Assembly (NCBI GenBank): GCA_001600815.1
Contig: BCKZ01000017.1
Location: forward strand, 473,970-537,969
DNA from: Alloascoidea hylecoeti
Lineage: Eukaryota
DNA length: 64,000 nt
Direction: 5' to 3'
In this document: piece after piece, positions 12,443 to 23,741 of the stretch
Layout of the letters: the number at the start of each line of letters is the position of its first letter
Numbering within the stretch: position 1 is the stretch's first letter
Program-made: the position numbers and the translations under genes
The notes under the pieces: model-generated
The model's database searches: none
Seen by the model: the letters and a program-made list of their open reading frames with translations, nothing else
Told to the model about the DNA's origin: nothing

Positions 12443-14216
12443 ATGGATCAACTAAATACGATATATGATATATTATCGTCAGACACGTCAGGCCTCAGCA
12501 TTATCAACACACTTCCGATACTATCCCAAATATTGACTAAGACATCTTCAGATCCCACTACAAGGTAGATGCCCACAATTGATCTTAGCACAAAATATTT
12601 AACTAACATCAGAAAAGGAATATTCTAGGGAAATCATCAGATTGTTGGAGTATAATAACAAAACTTCTTCAAGTTTTAAATAGTAATGATCTACTAGTCG
12701 AAAATAACGAGTCATATCGACCCTTGAGGGGAGTCATATTAGTAGGGCGAAACTTGCTAGCAGGTGGATCTTCATCACAGCAAGAAGCATAGTATGTTTT
12801 TTAAAATGACATTATTTTGAAGAATTACATTAACATTACTTTCTTCTTAATAGTAAGAGCGAAGCAACTTTTCAAGTCCTTGATATTTTACTGAAACTGA
12901 AGCAATGTGAAGTCAATGATTCAAAAGGTAGTATCATATCGTTTAAACTTCATAGACCAATGTTGTAATCTAACAAAACTTGTAGGGCAATTACTTATCA
13001 CAGCGTCCCTTCAATATCTTTCAAATTTTGTTTCTGATAAGAGCCCTTACAAAAAGACAATTGCTACGGAAATAGGACCTCTGTTCACATTTAATACAAT
13101 ATTATCATTACCATGGGACTCACCTACTCTAATAGCATTTCTGACATTAACTAACAATTGTCTAATGGATCCAGATGCTGTGGAAAGCTTACTTCAATCA
13201 AAATACAGTCTAGACGTAATAGTTTCATTATTGAAGAAGTCTGAATCATTGGAAGTGGAATCTCAGGTTGAGGACTATTGTCATTTATTTTTATCGATAA
13301 TAAGCCATATAGTATGTCATAAAAAATTTGGTGATTACCTAAATTCATTTAAACTGTAAGTTTTACAATGTATGTTCGAGTTTTTCTATTCAATCTAACT
13401 AATTCTTATTATATTAGTGATCCTTTGATCACATCCCAACTCTTGAAAGAAATAAACGAGTTTATAACCGTTGGAATCATAGATAATGATAAGATTAAGG
13501 TTGAGAATATTCTTAGATGGCTCTTTCCAATTTTTGAAGTATTTTCGCAAAAATCTAAAGAAGCAATTATGAATAAAAATACTGAATCGGATATATCAAT
13601 ATTGTGGAGCGGGGTGTTACTTATCTTGGACTCTTTTTCAAAACTAATTGATGCTGAAGAAGCTAAAAAACTCTTCCTAAAATTGAATCCAATTCCAGAA
13701 CTCGTTTGTAAGTATTATTCAAGCATCTTTTATTTAGCTTAGATTTAACATTGTTTATTTAGCACTTCTTGGTACTTGTCACAAACATATTGATAGAAGA
13801 ACGTTAAAGACAGAGGCACAACAAGGTACAATAGATGATCCTTCAGATTTCCCATTTGTTAAATCTGCGATTATAGAAATTATAGGAAAATTGACTATTA
13901 ATAATTTCGAAATTCAAGAAGAAGTACGAAAAACTCACGGATTAGAGGTGATTCTCTCAAATTGTATGATTGATGATAATAACCCTTGTAAGTATTTTAA
14001 CTGGAAATATCTAGATATAACTATATTAACATTGATATCATAGTCATAAAAGAGAGATCCATATTGTGTCTTAAATATTTATTGGAAAATAATGCGGAAA
14101 ATCAGGCAGTTATAGCAAATTTAGAAGCGAAAGAAGTAGTTTCTGATTCCGCTCTAAAAGAAGCTGGATACGAAGTTACGTTAGAAAATGGACAAATGAA
14201 ATTGAAACATAATTAG
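12443..14216 (+). CDS. CTR86: Ataxin-10/Ctr86 homologue, multi-exon (about 6 short introns)
   Basis: Spliced C-terminus [56 protein letters not shown] is the ataxin-10 domain; series of GT..CTAAC/TTAAC..AG introns; synteny with THR4/PWP2/YIH1. Confidence 0.85.
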
Positions 14217-14445
14217 CGTTATATATTTTACAAAAACAACAGATTTTACAAACAATACAACATCCAATAATAGAAACAAAACAAACTTCAATATCAATTA
14301 TTGTATCACCACAAATTTCAAATTCAAATATTTTAAATTAATTTAAAGTATGATTTATGATCAGCTCTGAGATCTATTAAAATCTTTGCATTAATTTGTT
14401 CATTATAAATGGCTATGTATAGCATACATTAGTTTACCCTGTGCC

Positions 14446-15485
14446 TCACTTTTTATGTTTTTTTCCTTCTTTTTTGCCCTTGGACGACTCATTATGTGAT
14501 TCGTCTAAGAATCCTGCTTTAACTATGGCATCCCTAGCAGTGGAATTTATGTGTTTAAACCTATATCATGTTAGAATTAATTGAATCAATATAGATTCAA
14601 GGACTTACCTGTCAGGACCAATATGAACACCCCCAAACCATCGCGATACACACACCATAACATTCCATATATCCATTATCTTTCTAAAGTTAGTTTTTAG
14701 ATTTTGTCTACAGCTATTATTATTAATGTTATTATTATAAAACTTACAGATAGTAAATGTAAAAGTCTTCCACCTGCGGCTGTTTCTCCATCATCATCAC
14801 AATCTTGTATTGTAGTTCCATTTGTATTCTTTATACGCCATGCAGTCATATTATGACTAGCCTTTCCAATTTTTCGATCCGACAGTAATTGATACATCTT
14901 AGTTTCTGCTTCTTCAAGAGATGTTACTTTTGCTACATGTGCTATAAAAGTAGATTTTCGATCTGTTACAGGTTCAGACATTATCCACCCTTCAAATGGA
15001 TCAACTGGTTGTGTAGCAGGAATTTTTCTTTCTTTCTTCTTGTAGTCGTAATTATTATGTGATTCTTTTTCATATTTATATTCATATTTGTCTTCTGAAT
15101 CAGAATATTCCTCGATTGTCAAATTTTTTAGGTTTTCTTCAACTTCAGTAGTTGATCCCAAATGATCGCTTTGAGCTGCCTGATCATTAAGAACATTTTC
15201 AATCTCCAAAAGAAAATCAAAAACACATACCTCGCCTGGATGAAAGCATTCATTTAAAACATTAGAAAAGAAAGAGATTGGTAAGTTATAAATGCCAGCA
15301 GTATCTTTTACAGATAATATATTTGGTGGTTTATTTGGATATGTGCTTGGAAACGAAATCTGAAGACTAATTGAAGGATGAGAAGGTAGAGATAACTCTA
15401 TCGTCGAGGACCTAATTCGATTAACGTATTCTGGATATATGGCTTCTATTGAAAGAAACTCATCTTCAAATTCTTCATTAGTCAT
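14446..15485 (-). CDS. YIH1: IMPACT family protein (RWD + UPF0029), 3 exons (introns 14680-14747, 14561-14608)
   Basis: RWD motif FPSTYPNKPP; DRKSTF, ASHNMTAWR, DCDDDGETAAGGRLLHLL; spliced continuation VSRWFGGVHIGPDRFKHIN. Confidence 0.93.
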
Positions 15486-15600
15486 TACGTAGATTTCATC
15501 AAAAAGTTGATCTTTATAATAATTATAACAGTTTAATTACACAAACACACCCATACATTTTATTTATCCATCCTTTCATTTAAGCCTTTTGTAATTTAAA

Positions 15601-15634
15601 GCTCATCTTTCTTGCTCATCTTTCTTGCTCATCG
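15601..15634. promoter_or_regulatory. Three tandem PAC motifs (GCTCATC) in the YIH1/TAH1 divergent promoter
   Basis: GCTCATCTTTCTT-GCTCATCTTTCTT-GCTCATCG. Confidence 0.6.
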
Positions 15635-15837
15635 TTTAGTTTTTTATTCCAATTTAGCCTACTTATAGGCTTTGATATCTTCTGCTATTTTCTTTTCTTT
15701 GCCCTCTATCAATTTACCATATTTTATATAATCTATTTTTTGAAATTTCGAGAAATTACCCGGATAATAACTTTTATATTGTTTGATTTATTGCAAAGTT
15801 TATAATTATAAGATAAAAATACATTTCACTTCTTATA

Positions 15838-16890
15838 ATGGCCGAGCAATTAAAAATAAAAGGTTAGTATGCTTTATCTTAATCTTTGATACATGAGTAT
15901 TAACAGTATATATTTAAATTTAGGAAATGATGCATTTAAAAAGCAAGATTGGAATGGTGCTATAGAATATTACACTAAAGCCATTCAAAAGGATTCAAGT
16001 AATCCTGTTTATTACTCAAATCGAGCCATGACATATCTCAAATTGGACAATTGGGAGAAAACACTTGAAGATGCTAACCTCGGACTTCAGAAAAGTTCAA
16101 AAGGTGCAAAAGTACAAGTTAAATTATATTGGAGGAAAGGTTTAGCCCAGTCATCACTACATGATTATTCTGGAGCCAAGAAAAGTATAGATGAAGCACT
16201 AAAATTGGAACCACATAATGCAGTTATCAAAAAGGATAGAGAGCTACTAGACTGGAAAGAAAAAAAATATAAAGTAAGTATGATTACAGTTTGAAAACAT
16301 ATCTCTGATCTAACCTTTTCCCCCTCCTTAAATAGCGACTACAGAAACAAGATAGAGTGCTAAAAAAAGTCAGCAGTGTGCAGTCTCATAAAAATAAAAC
16401 TAAGATATCAATTCCAGTAAATGTTGTTAATGAACTACCCACTGAATTCAAACTTCTTCTAGAGTGTGATAAACCAGTAACTCAACCAGTTACACAACTT
16501 AATACTCGTCCAAATTACCCCAAAATACCAACGGTATATTTATTATCTCAATTTACACGATGTTCAGAGGCCGAAAAACCATATGCTTATGAATATTTAT
16601 TCGATTTAGAACCCATAAGTTTTAAATTATTATCTTCGAAAGCTGGAATTGATGCTCCTATTATAGATCTTATCTTAAAGGTCGCTATATATCAATATAA
16701 GCGTGTTCCCGAGAGTCAATGGACTGTTAAAATATTAGAGATTTTGGATATTTTAAAAGATTGTCCACGTTTTGATATTTCTAAATTGTTTTATGAACAA
16801 CAATATGCAGTTGAAGTATTTCAATTGCTATCAAAAACAAAACAATATGAAACTGAAAAGCAATCTCTTCAAAAAATATGGTTAGATTAA
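15838..16890 (+). CDS. TAH1: TPR co-chaperone, Tah1/RPAP3-like, 3 exons (15838-15862, 15924-16273, 16336-16890)
   Basis: MAEQLKIKGNDAFKKQDW...YYSNRAMTYLKL carboxylate-clamp TPR; C-terminal ILDILKDCPRFDISKLF resembles RPAP3_C; frames join across canonical introns; divergent from YIH1 as in S. cerevisiae. Confidence 0.75.
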
Positions 16891-17569
16891 ATTGATTCGT
16901 TGCAATCTTATTACTGTAACTTATCTACAAGTTTTGAGCATCCATGAATATCTGCTCATATAGTATTTAAACTTTATAAGAGATTACAATATTTAGATCT
17001 AGAATCTAGATTAAACAAGATACGGTAAGGGTAAGTATTACTAAGTATCAATAATAATCATATCATGATCATACTTTGTGTATAACAAGACTATAGCGTT
17101 AATTATATATTTAAACCCTAGAAGTTTCAATTGACTCAACTGATTTGTTTCATAATTAAGATCAGTTTGTAACGGTGGTACTAGTTTTAGTATATTTAGA
17201 CTTATTATTAACGCAAATGAATTTCAAAATTAGCATTAATATACACATAGTATGTATATTTGCGTTGTGCCGGTATATATTAACTATAGATGTTATATCG
17301 ATGCCATCATGTGTCTACCAAATGCAACTAATGTGTACTACAACAAGGCTAATTTTAATAATATCACCTGCTGTAGAGTTGCACAATATTAAGATTGTAT
17401 ATATATCTTGGTCTTTATATCGCTCTGATAGAGATGGTGCATTGGCTATGGAAAAACGTGTAGCATTATATAATTAATGCCCCATAATGAGTTCATATAT
17501 ACCGCATGTCGTCGCACCACTTAAATATAAGTAAAAGGGTGTGGGTGAACTGGCCACACTATAACTAAG

Positions 17570-17679
17570 TGTTGTGGTTTGGGAGTTTCAGCGCTAATTA
17601 TAAGTGATTAGTAACTAACTCAGCATAGATAATATGAAATATTGTTTAAATTTGACATCTTAACTGATAGATCACTACA
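17570..17679. mobile_element. Short TG...CA element with 5-bp direct flanks (possible deleted solo LTR)
   Basis: Starts TGTTGTGGT, ends ATCACTACA; CTAAG at 17565-69 and 17680-84. Confidence 0.45.
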
Positions 17680-17773
17680 CTAAGTATAATTATATATAGG
17701 TTTGAATTTTAAGTATTATTTTCTATGTAATATATATTCCTGAACTATTTTGACCCAATAGTTACATAATTAA

Positions 17774-19450
17774 CTATAAATAATTTGAATTGGTAATTGA
17801 ATCCTCATCATTTTCATCATCAACAATCCCCGAAGCATTAAAATAACCAAATATACTTAAAAGAGTTAAACTCCACCATGCAATTTCAACACAGCTATGA
17901 TCTTGACTAAAAGCCATTACAAGACCTCCACCAATAGGTCCAATTGATCTCGCTAATGCTGTAGCAACTTGAACAACACCATTAACAGTCCCTAAAGTTT
18001 CTTTTCTTGTAACTGACCTATTTGTTAAACATGATATCTCTGGAAATGCAAGGGAATATAACATAGTTTTCCAAAATACAAGAATAAAAATATAAAAATA
18101 TTGTTTATGATATGATTCATTACCCGATAGTAAAATATAAGGCATTATTAAATATAAAAATGGAAGTTGAAATAATACAACCTTAATAGCTTTTAAAGTA
18201 CCAAATTTTAAATCAACCCATGGTGTTAAAGTTATCATTGTAATTATTCCTACCACTCCATTACATGATAAAATAAAACCAACATCTGCCGAATTAAAAC
18301 CTAAGCCTCCTACTAGTGTAAAAGGGAAGTGCGATCTTAATGTTTTATCATTTGGATCATTTGGGTGTAGGTATGCAACACTGGTTGATAATACAACAGG
18401 TAATAATTCTTCAAAAACAGTTGCACAGAGAGATAATATAGCAGTCTGTATAATCATATGATTTACTGCCGGTGTAAAGATATCTGACCATTTTTCTTTA
18501 TAAGGTATTTTTTGTTTTGTTATTGTGTTTCGTTCTTCATCAATGATGATAATATGTGATGAAGTATCAATGTCAGAACCTTTAGACGTTGAACCATAAT
18601 TGACTTGTCTATTCTTGATTTTAGGTATTAACGTAGTATTATCATCTATATCATCATCACATTCTTCTTCTTCATTATAACTATTATATGTTTTAAACCC
18701 AAGATACTTTTTAATCTTGTCACCAATTTCACAACCAATATCTCTTCTATCATTAGCGCTCTCTAAAGTTTCTTCAAGGAACAAAAAAGCAAAAATTAAT
18801 CCAACCACTATTATCCCCGAAACTATGAAATTAGGTAATGCATAAGGATATTTTTTGAAAAAGACCGAGTCTTTGAATAAAAATGGTACATTTTCAACAG
18901 GATTTGCCAAATAGCCTCCTATCATCGGACCAATAACACATCCGATCTGCCATAAGAAAGGCATCACAGTGAAAGCTAATGGTTGATGTTTTCTTTCAAC
19001 TGCAATTTCTCCAATCATTGTTCTCAAGACTCCAACATTACCGTTAAGTAAACCGGATATACACCTTGCACCAATAGCCATGTAAAGATTTGTCGATAAG
19101 CCCAGTAGAAGCATGCCTAATATAGTACCAAACATACTTGATATAATGATTGGTTTCCGACCATATTTATCTGACATTCGACCCCAATGAATACCAGTTA
19201 AAACTTGACATAAAGCAAAGCATCCAGAAATATAACCAGCATATGTTGCTATTTCTCCTTCATTTTTAGCACAGTTAAAATCCCGTACCATAAAAAACAG
19301 ATATGGAAATATAGATGTGAAAGCGATTGGTTCTGAAAATCGAACTAATGCAATTACAGTTATTTGACCTATTGGGAAACCATCTAATTGACCTTTGAAT
19401 GATAATTTTTTAGTTGTTTTATCTGTGTTGTTTTTTGATTTCGGTATCAT
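17774..19450 (-). CDS. MFS transporter, YCR023C-like (DHA1-related)
   Basis: FKGQLDGFPIGQITVIALVRFSEPIAFTSIFPYLFFMVRDF; motif A WGRMSDKYGRKP; about 12 hydrophobic segments. Confidence 0.9.
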   Translation of the reverse strand: MIPKSKNNTDKTTKKLSFKGQLDGFPIGQITVIALVRFSEPIAFTSIFPYLFFMVRDFNCAKNEGEIATYAGYISGCFALCQVLTGIHWGRMSDKYGRKPIIISSMFGTILGMLLLGLSTNLYMAIGARCISGLLNGNVGVLRTMIGEIAVERKHQPLAFTVMPFLWQIGCVIGPMIGGYLANPVENVPFLFKDSVFFKKYPYALPNFIVSGIIVVGLIFAFLFLEETLESANDRRDIGCEIGDKIKKYLGFKTYNSYNEEEECDDDIDDNTTLIPKIKNRQVNYGSTSKGSDIDTSSHIIIIDEERNTITKQKIPYKEKWSDIFTPAVNHMIIQTAILSLCATVFEELLPVVLSTSVAYLHPNDPNDKTLRSHFPFTLVGGLGFNSADVGFILSCNGVVGIITMITLTPWVDLKFGTLKAIKVVLFQLPFLYLIMPYILLSGNESYHKQYFYIFILVFWKTMLYSLAFPEISCLTNRSVTRKETLGTVNGVVQVATALARSIGPIGGGLVMAFSQDHSCVEIAWWSLTLLSIFGYFNASGIVDDENDEDSITNSNYL

Positions 19451-20199
19451 TTAAATTTAATAATTTATGAATTATCAAATAATTGTTTATTTTAATTATT
19501 CGTATTATAGAGTAGCTATAGGTAATAAATAATTTTTGTTAGATAAGGAATTCGGCACAGGAAAACAAAACCAGAAAGCTTATATTTATAATTAAGAATC
19601 AGAATCCAGGAGATATAACTGGTTTGTTAAAAGTGAAAATGAAAGAGTCTGTCATTACATTTATATATGGTAATTGATGATGACTCCTCAAATTTAAATG
19701 AAAAATTTATCCTGAAAAAGGTTAAATAAATATGCACATAAAATCCTATACCAGGTATAATCAAAATATAAGGTAAAACTTTACACAAACTAACAGCAAA
19801 ATTTAATGATCAAAATAATAAGGGGCTTTGGATTCTAGAGGATTATATATATATATTTATTGTATATTAGACTATAAGTCCACTGTTAAGCTTCTAGATG
19901 AACTATTTAAAATCTAATGTCTCTGGCGGCCCCGTAGCATGAGACGTAACAATAATTAATATTGCATATAAGGTTATATTCATAATATAAGAATCATAAC
20001 CGTGAGGAAATAGCGGTTTTAATGTAATCCGACTCATCTGTAAGGAGATAGCGGTTTTATGATTGATTGTAAATCTGTGTAAAGAGAGAAAGAGAGAGCT
20101 CAGAGAATTACTTAAGCTTACTTTTCGTATTTTACTGGGTTTGTATGGAAGAGCAAAACCCGGGGAAAACTATACAAAACATGCGGGATACACCGTTAA

Positions 20200-21080
20200 T
20201 ATCGGAAGTTCTTATCTATAAAATGTGTGGGATTCAGATCAATTATTTCATACATTGCTAATTCCTCTTTTTTATCATCACCGAGCTCACCAGATTTATC
20301 TTCACTGGATAGCCGCGTGCCAAAGCCTAATGAATGTAAAAGTCCGGCATAAACTCAAGATGAGTATGAGAAAAATTATCATCCACTAATAGTAAATAAT
20401 TTAAAATAGTTTGAATTGAATGATTCATTTTCACGTTCATGGTCAAGTTCTGCCCAGCTAAAAGTACTAGAACCTTTCCCGCACGTATAAACAATATAAA
20501 ACCAATGTGCAACATAGAATCCAATAACCACTTCATTATCATAAAATAGAAGAAAATCAATTTCATCAGTTGAATCATTCTTATAAGGATGAAATCATTT
20601 CTTGGAATAATCAACTTTCTATCCTTGGTAAAGACAAAAGTAGTAATGCCTGCAATTAAAAGTAACTTTTAGATTCTCTTCATTTAATAAATTGATTCCT
20701 TTTTTGGAGGAATTTGGAGGAATAAAATCAATTTCAAAACTATTCAATAAAGCCATGAGAATCTGACTACGTTTCTTCAGCTCATAAAGTTTATATGTTT
20801 TATATCGATCATCACCTAGAAGAAAAACAGATTGAAACATCGAATTTCCCTTTATCAATTTTTCATAAATACCCCCAAACGTTATTGATCCTGTGAAATT
20901 TGATGTTCCTAAACACAATCCAACAATATTAAAATATGTATAATTTTTTTTAATTCTTGTCATTGCCAGAATTTCCGAAAAATATGGTATTTTTTCTTTA
21001 TAATCTGAGTCTTCACCATAAGGATTTGGTGGTGATATCGAGAAATAAGAGTTTCAAGCATTGTTGGGTTGTTCAATCAT
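20200..21080 (-). pseudogene. Orphan 'PPNPYG' family, copy A (in-frame stops)
   Basis: MIEQPNNA*NSYFSISPPNPYGEDSDY...CLGTSNFTGSITFGGIYEKLIKGNS; 50 bp at 21001-21050 identical to 44221-44270; 3' boundary approximate. Confidence 0.75.
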
Positions 21081-21588
21081 AACATTATTATTACCATTTG
21101 TTAAATGATTTTCAAACTTCGTAACAACGCTATCATTGACTACCCCTGCCGTCTGTTTTTGATGTATCAGATGCAGTACAATCATATCCCATACATGAAG
21201 TTGTATTTTCGTCACAAATGCTTTAATTATTTGCAGAGTTGTCTAAAAAAGTATTGTAAGTTGATTGCAAAGTCAGTTACAGGGGTACAAAAGTTGAGGT
21301 GGAGAGCCAATTTCAATAGTAATTGTTGGTAAGTCATATTTCCTTTGATTGTGGAAACATGAAGTATTAGTTATTAAAAGAAATAAACAAAGAGTGCCAA
21401 TCATTCTTTTGATGAATTAATAATATTAATAAAAAAGTGGCAATGATAAATCGTTTCTCAACTAATATTGGCCTCTGCACTTTCTCTTATAGGCATATAG
21501 TTTCTCTTGCTAAGGACTGTATATAATCCAGATCTGCTGTGCCACTCACAATGGTAGAGGGACAACTACAACTGACAATTGCAATATA

Positions 21589-21783
21589 CAGTTATTTCAC
21601 TTAATTTCAGACATTCTGGGTATTAATTATCGGATACTCCCACAAATAATTTTTGGACGGGGTAATACCGACATGACCCGTTAATACATGAAACAAATTC
21701 GGTTGCCAAACGCGTCCAAAAATTAGTTGTGGGAGTGTCCAATAATCAGCACCCAGAATGTCCGAAATTAAGTGGAACCACTA
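21589..21783. mobile_element. MITE with about 71-bp imperfect TIRs starting CAGT, TA-flanked (pogo/Tc1-like)
   Basis: 21589-21659 vs reverse complement of 21713-21783 (CACTTAATTTC.GACATTCTGGGT...ACTCCCACAA.TAATTTTTGGACG); TA on both sides. Confidence 0.8.
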
Positions 21784-22753
21784 TATTTAAGAGCTGTAGC
21801 TATAATTAAAACCTATATCTGATATAAGATAGTCGTCGGAGTATTATTAACTATCTTAAGAACAACTTAAGGGTTTGTAGAGTATTCAGTGGGGGAAACA
21901 TGCCTGATATACTAATGCAATTATAGTGCTAGTTGTTCTACTTATTGGGAAATATTATAAACACTTTATGAAATAATTGTTTTCTGAATACTAATCATCA
22001 AAAGAAAGAATATATATATATATAATTATAACTTGAATGTATGGATATTAAACCTAGGGCTGGTTAGCTATTCTAAGGTATAATTATGCGTGGAGGTGCA
22101 TATGACCATGGTATTTCATCTATTTCTTAAAATTATTAATTAATCAAGAATCAGATCAGAATCAGAATCAAAATCAAAATCCAGTTATGGAAATTTAAAT
22201 ATAAATGGTTTGTCAAAAGGGAAAAAGAAAGAGTTTTTCAATACATTTATAACTTATACGAAAAATGAATATTTCAGTTATTATGGTATAATTACTATAA
22301 TTGGTGTCGATTCTTTAGAATTTCAATGAAATTTTATCCTAAAAAGTTAATTCAAAAATTCAAAAAACAAAACATTATAATTATGTCACATTAATATTAC
22401 ATTACATAATCAACCAGCTGATCAACAAAAAAGCTTATCTTCCGATTACTAAACAAACGACGGTATTTAAACTTTGAAAATACCATACCACTTAATTTGT
22501 GGGCTCAATTCCACTCAAATTCACTTATTACAAATTACAATGACAATTCAAAAGTATTCATCAGAAGAATTATATTATTATTATTATATTATTAAAAATT
22601 AAACAGGTGAAGATACCATAAACACATCATGACATTATGTCCAGTAGAACGATATAACTGAAAAGTTGATTTTTAGATTTTTGAAAAGTTATTAATGATA
22701 AAAAACTTATAACCATACAGTATATTAGTTTATCAGGAAAAATTTGATTTGAT

Positions 22754-22937
22754 TTAAAATTCTTGGAGAGCTCTCTTTCTTTTTTTGAGCTGCTTGCTAA
22801 CCATGAGGGCAAAGATACCAACAGCTAATTGTAAAGTTAGTAAAGAAACACAAATATCAAACTTATGAATATGATTAAAATTACATACCAACAACAAATA
22901 TGATGCAAAAGACTAGAATAACACCTGCTGGCAACAT
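22754..22937 (-). CDS. PMP1: Plasma-membrane H+-ATPase proteolipid, 39 aa; coding intron 22825-22888 and 5'UTR intron 22944-23013
   Basis: Spliced product MLPAGVILVFCIIFVVAVGIFALMVSKQLKKRKRALQEF resembles Pmp1/Pmp2; GTATGT/TACTAAC/TAG intron; TATAAAA at 23072-23078. Confidence 0.9.
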
Positions 22938-23741
22938 TTTAAACTAGATCTGATTGAATAAATAACGGTTAGCGTCGAGATTTCAATGGCACTTTTGAAG
23001 AAAAAACACATACAGATTTGAATGTCGGGAGATCGGGAGATGAAGAAGAAAAAAAGAGACAAGATGCGTCCTTTTATAGCAGTGCAGCAGACATCCGGCG
23101 GGTCGAATGAGCTTGGCTCTGATTCGTCACGCGTTAGCAAGTATGCCAAGAGAAAATCCCGCACAACACAAACAAAACTAAGCTTTTTCTGAGCTGTGGC
23201 TAGCTGCATATCGAGCCTTGTCGCTGCATCTGTGCCTTTGCATAAATGCTTCTTATGATCTTTGCATCTCCAGGTTTTTTTAAGCTTGTTTGTTAAACAA
23301 ATACAAATTTTTATAACTGTTTGAAAAGTGAATATGATTGATTTTGGCTGTTGGAAATAAAATTTAAGCAACCCATACACACACGAAATAATAGAAATAA
23401 TGATAAATGAAGAAAGATCTTGTGAACGTGACCGATTTATCCGTTTTCATTACAACATTAATTAATCAAAGACAACAAATGAATATTAAATTATTAGCTA
23501 GTTAAAGAATAAACCAATTGGATTAATGGATATCGATCCTACGGAGATCATTATAATTATTCAAAAAAGCTAGTAATCTTTAACGATATCGGCCGTTAAC
23601 AATTATTAATATTCTTTTCTATCTCAAATTTCAATATTGTATTTACAATAATTACGTATTTAATTTTTAACAATTTCTTTTTAAATCTAAAGTAAATACA
23701 ATACATATAAATACAAGTTATATTAATATTAATATCGCATT

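Noticed and set aside
22913..23380. 155-aa minus-strand ORF
   Set aside because: Non-ATG start; spans the PMP1 promoter and 5'UTR intron, which explain the region
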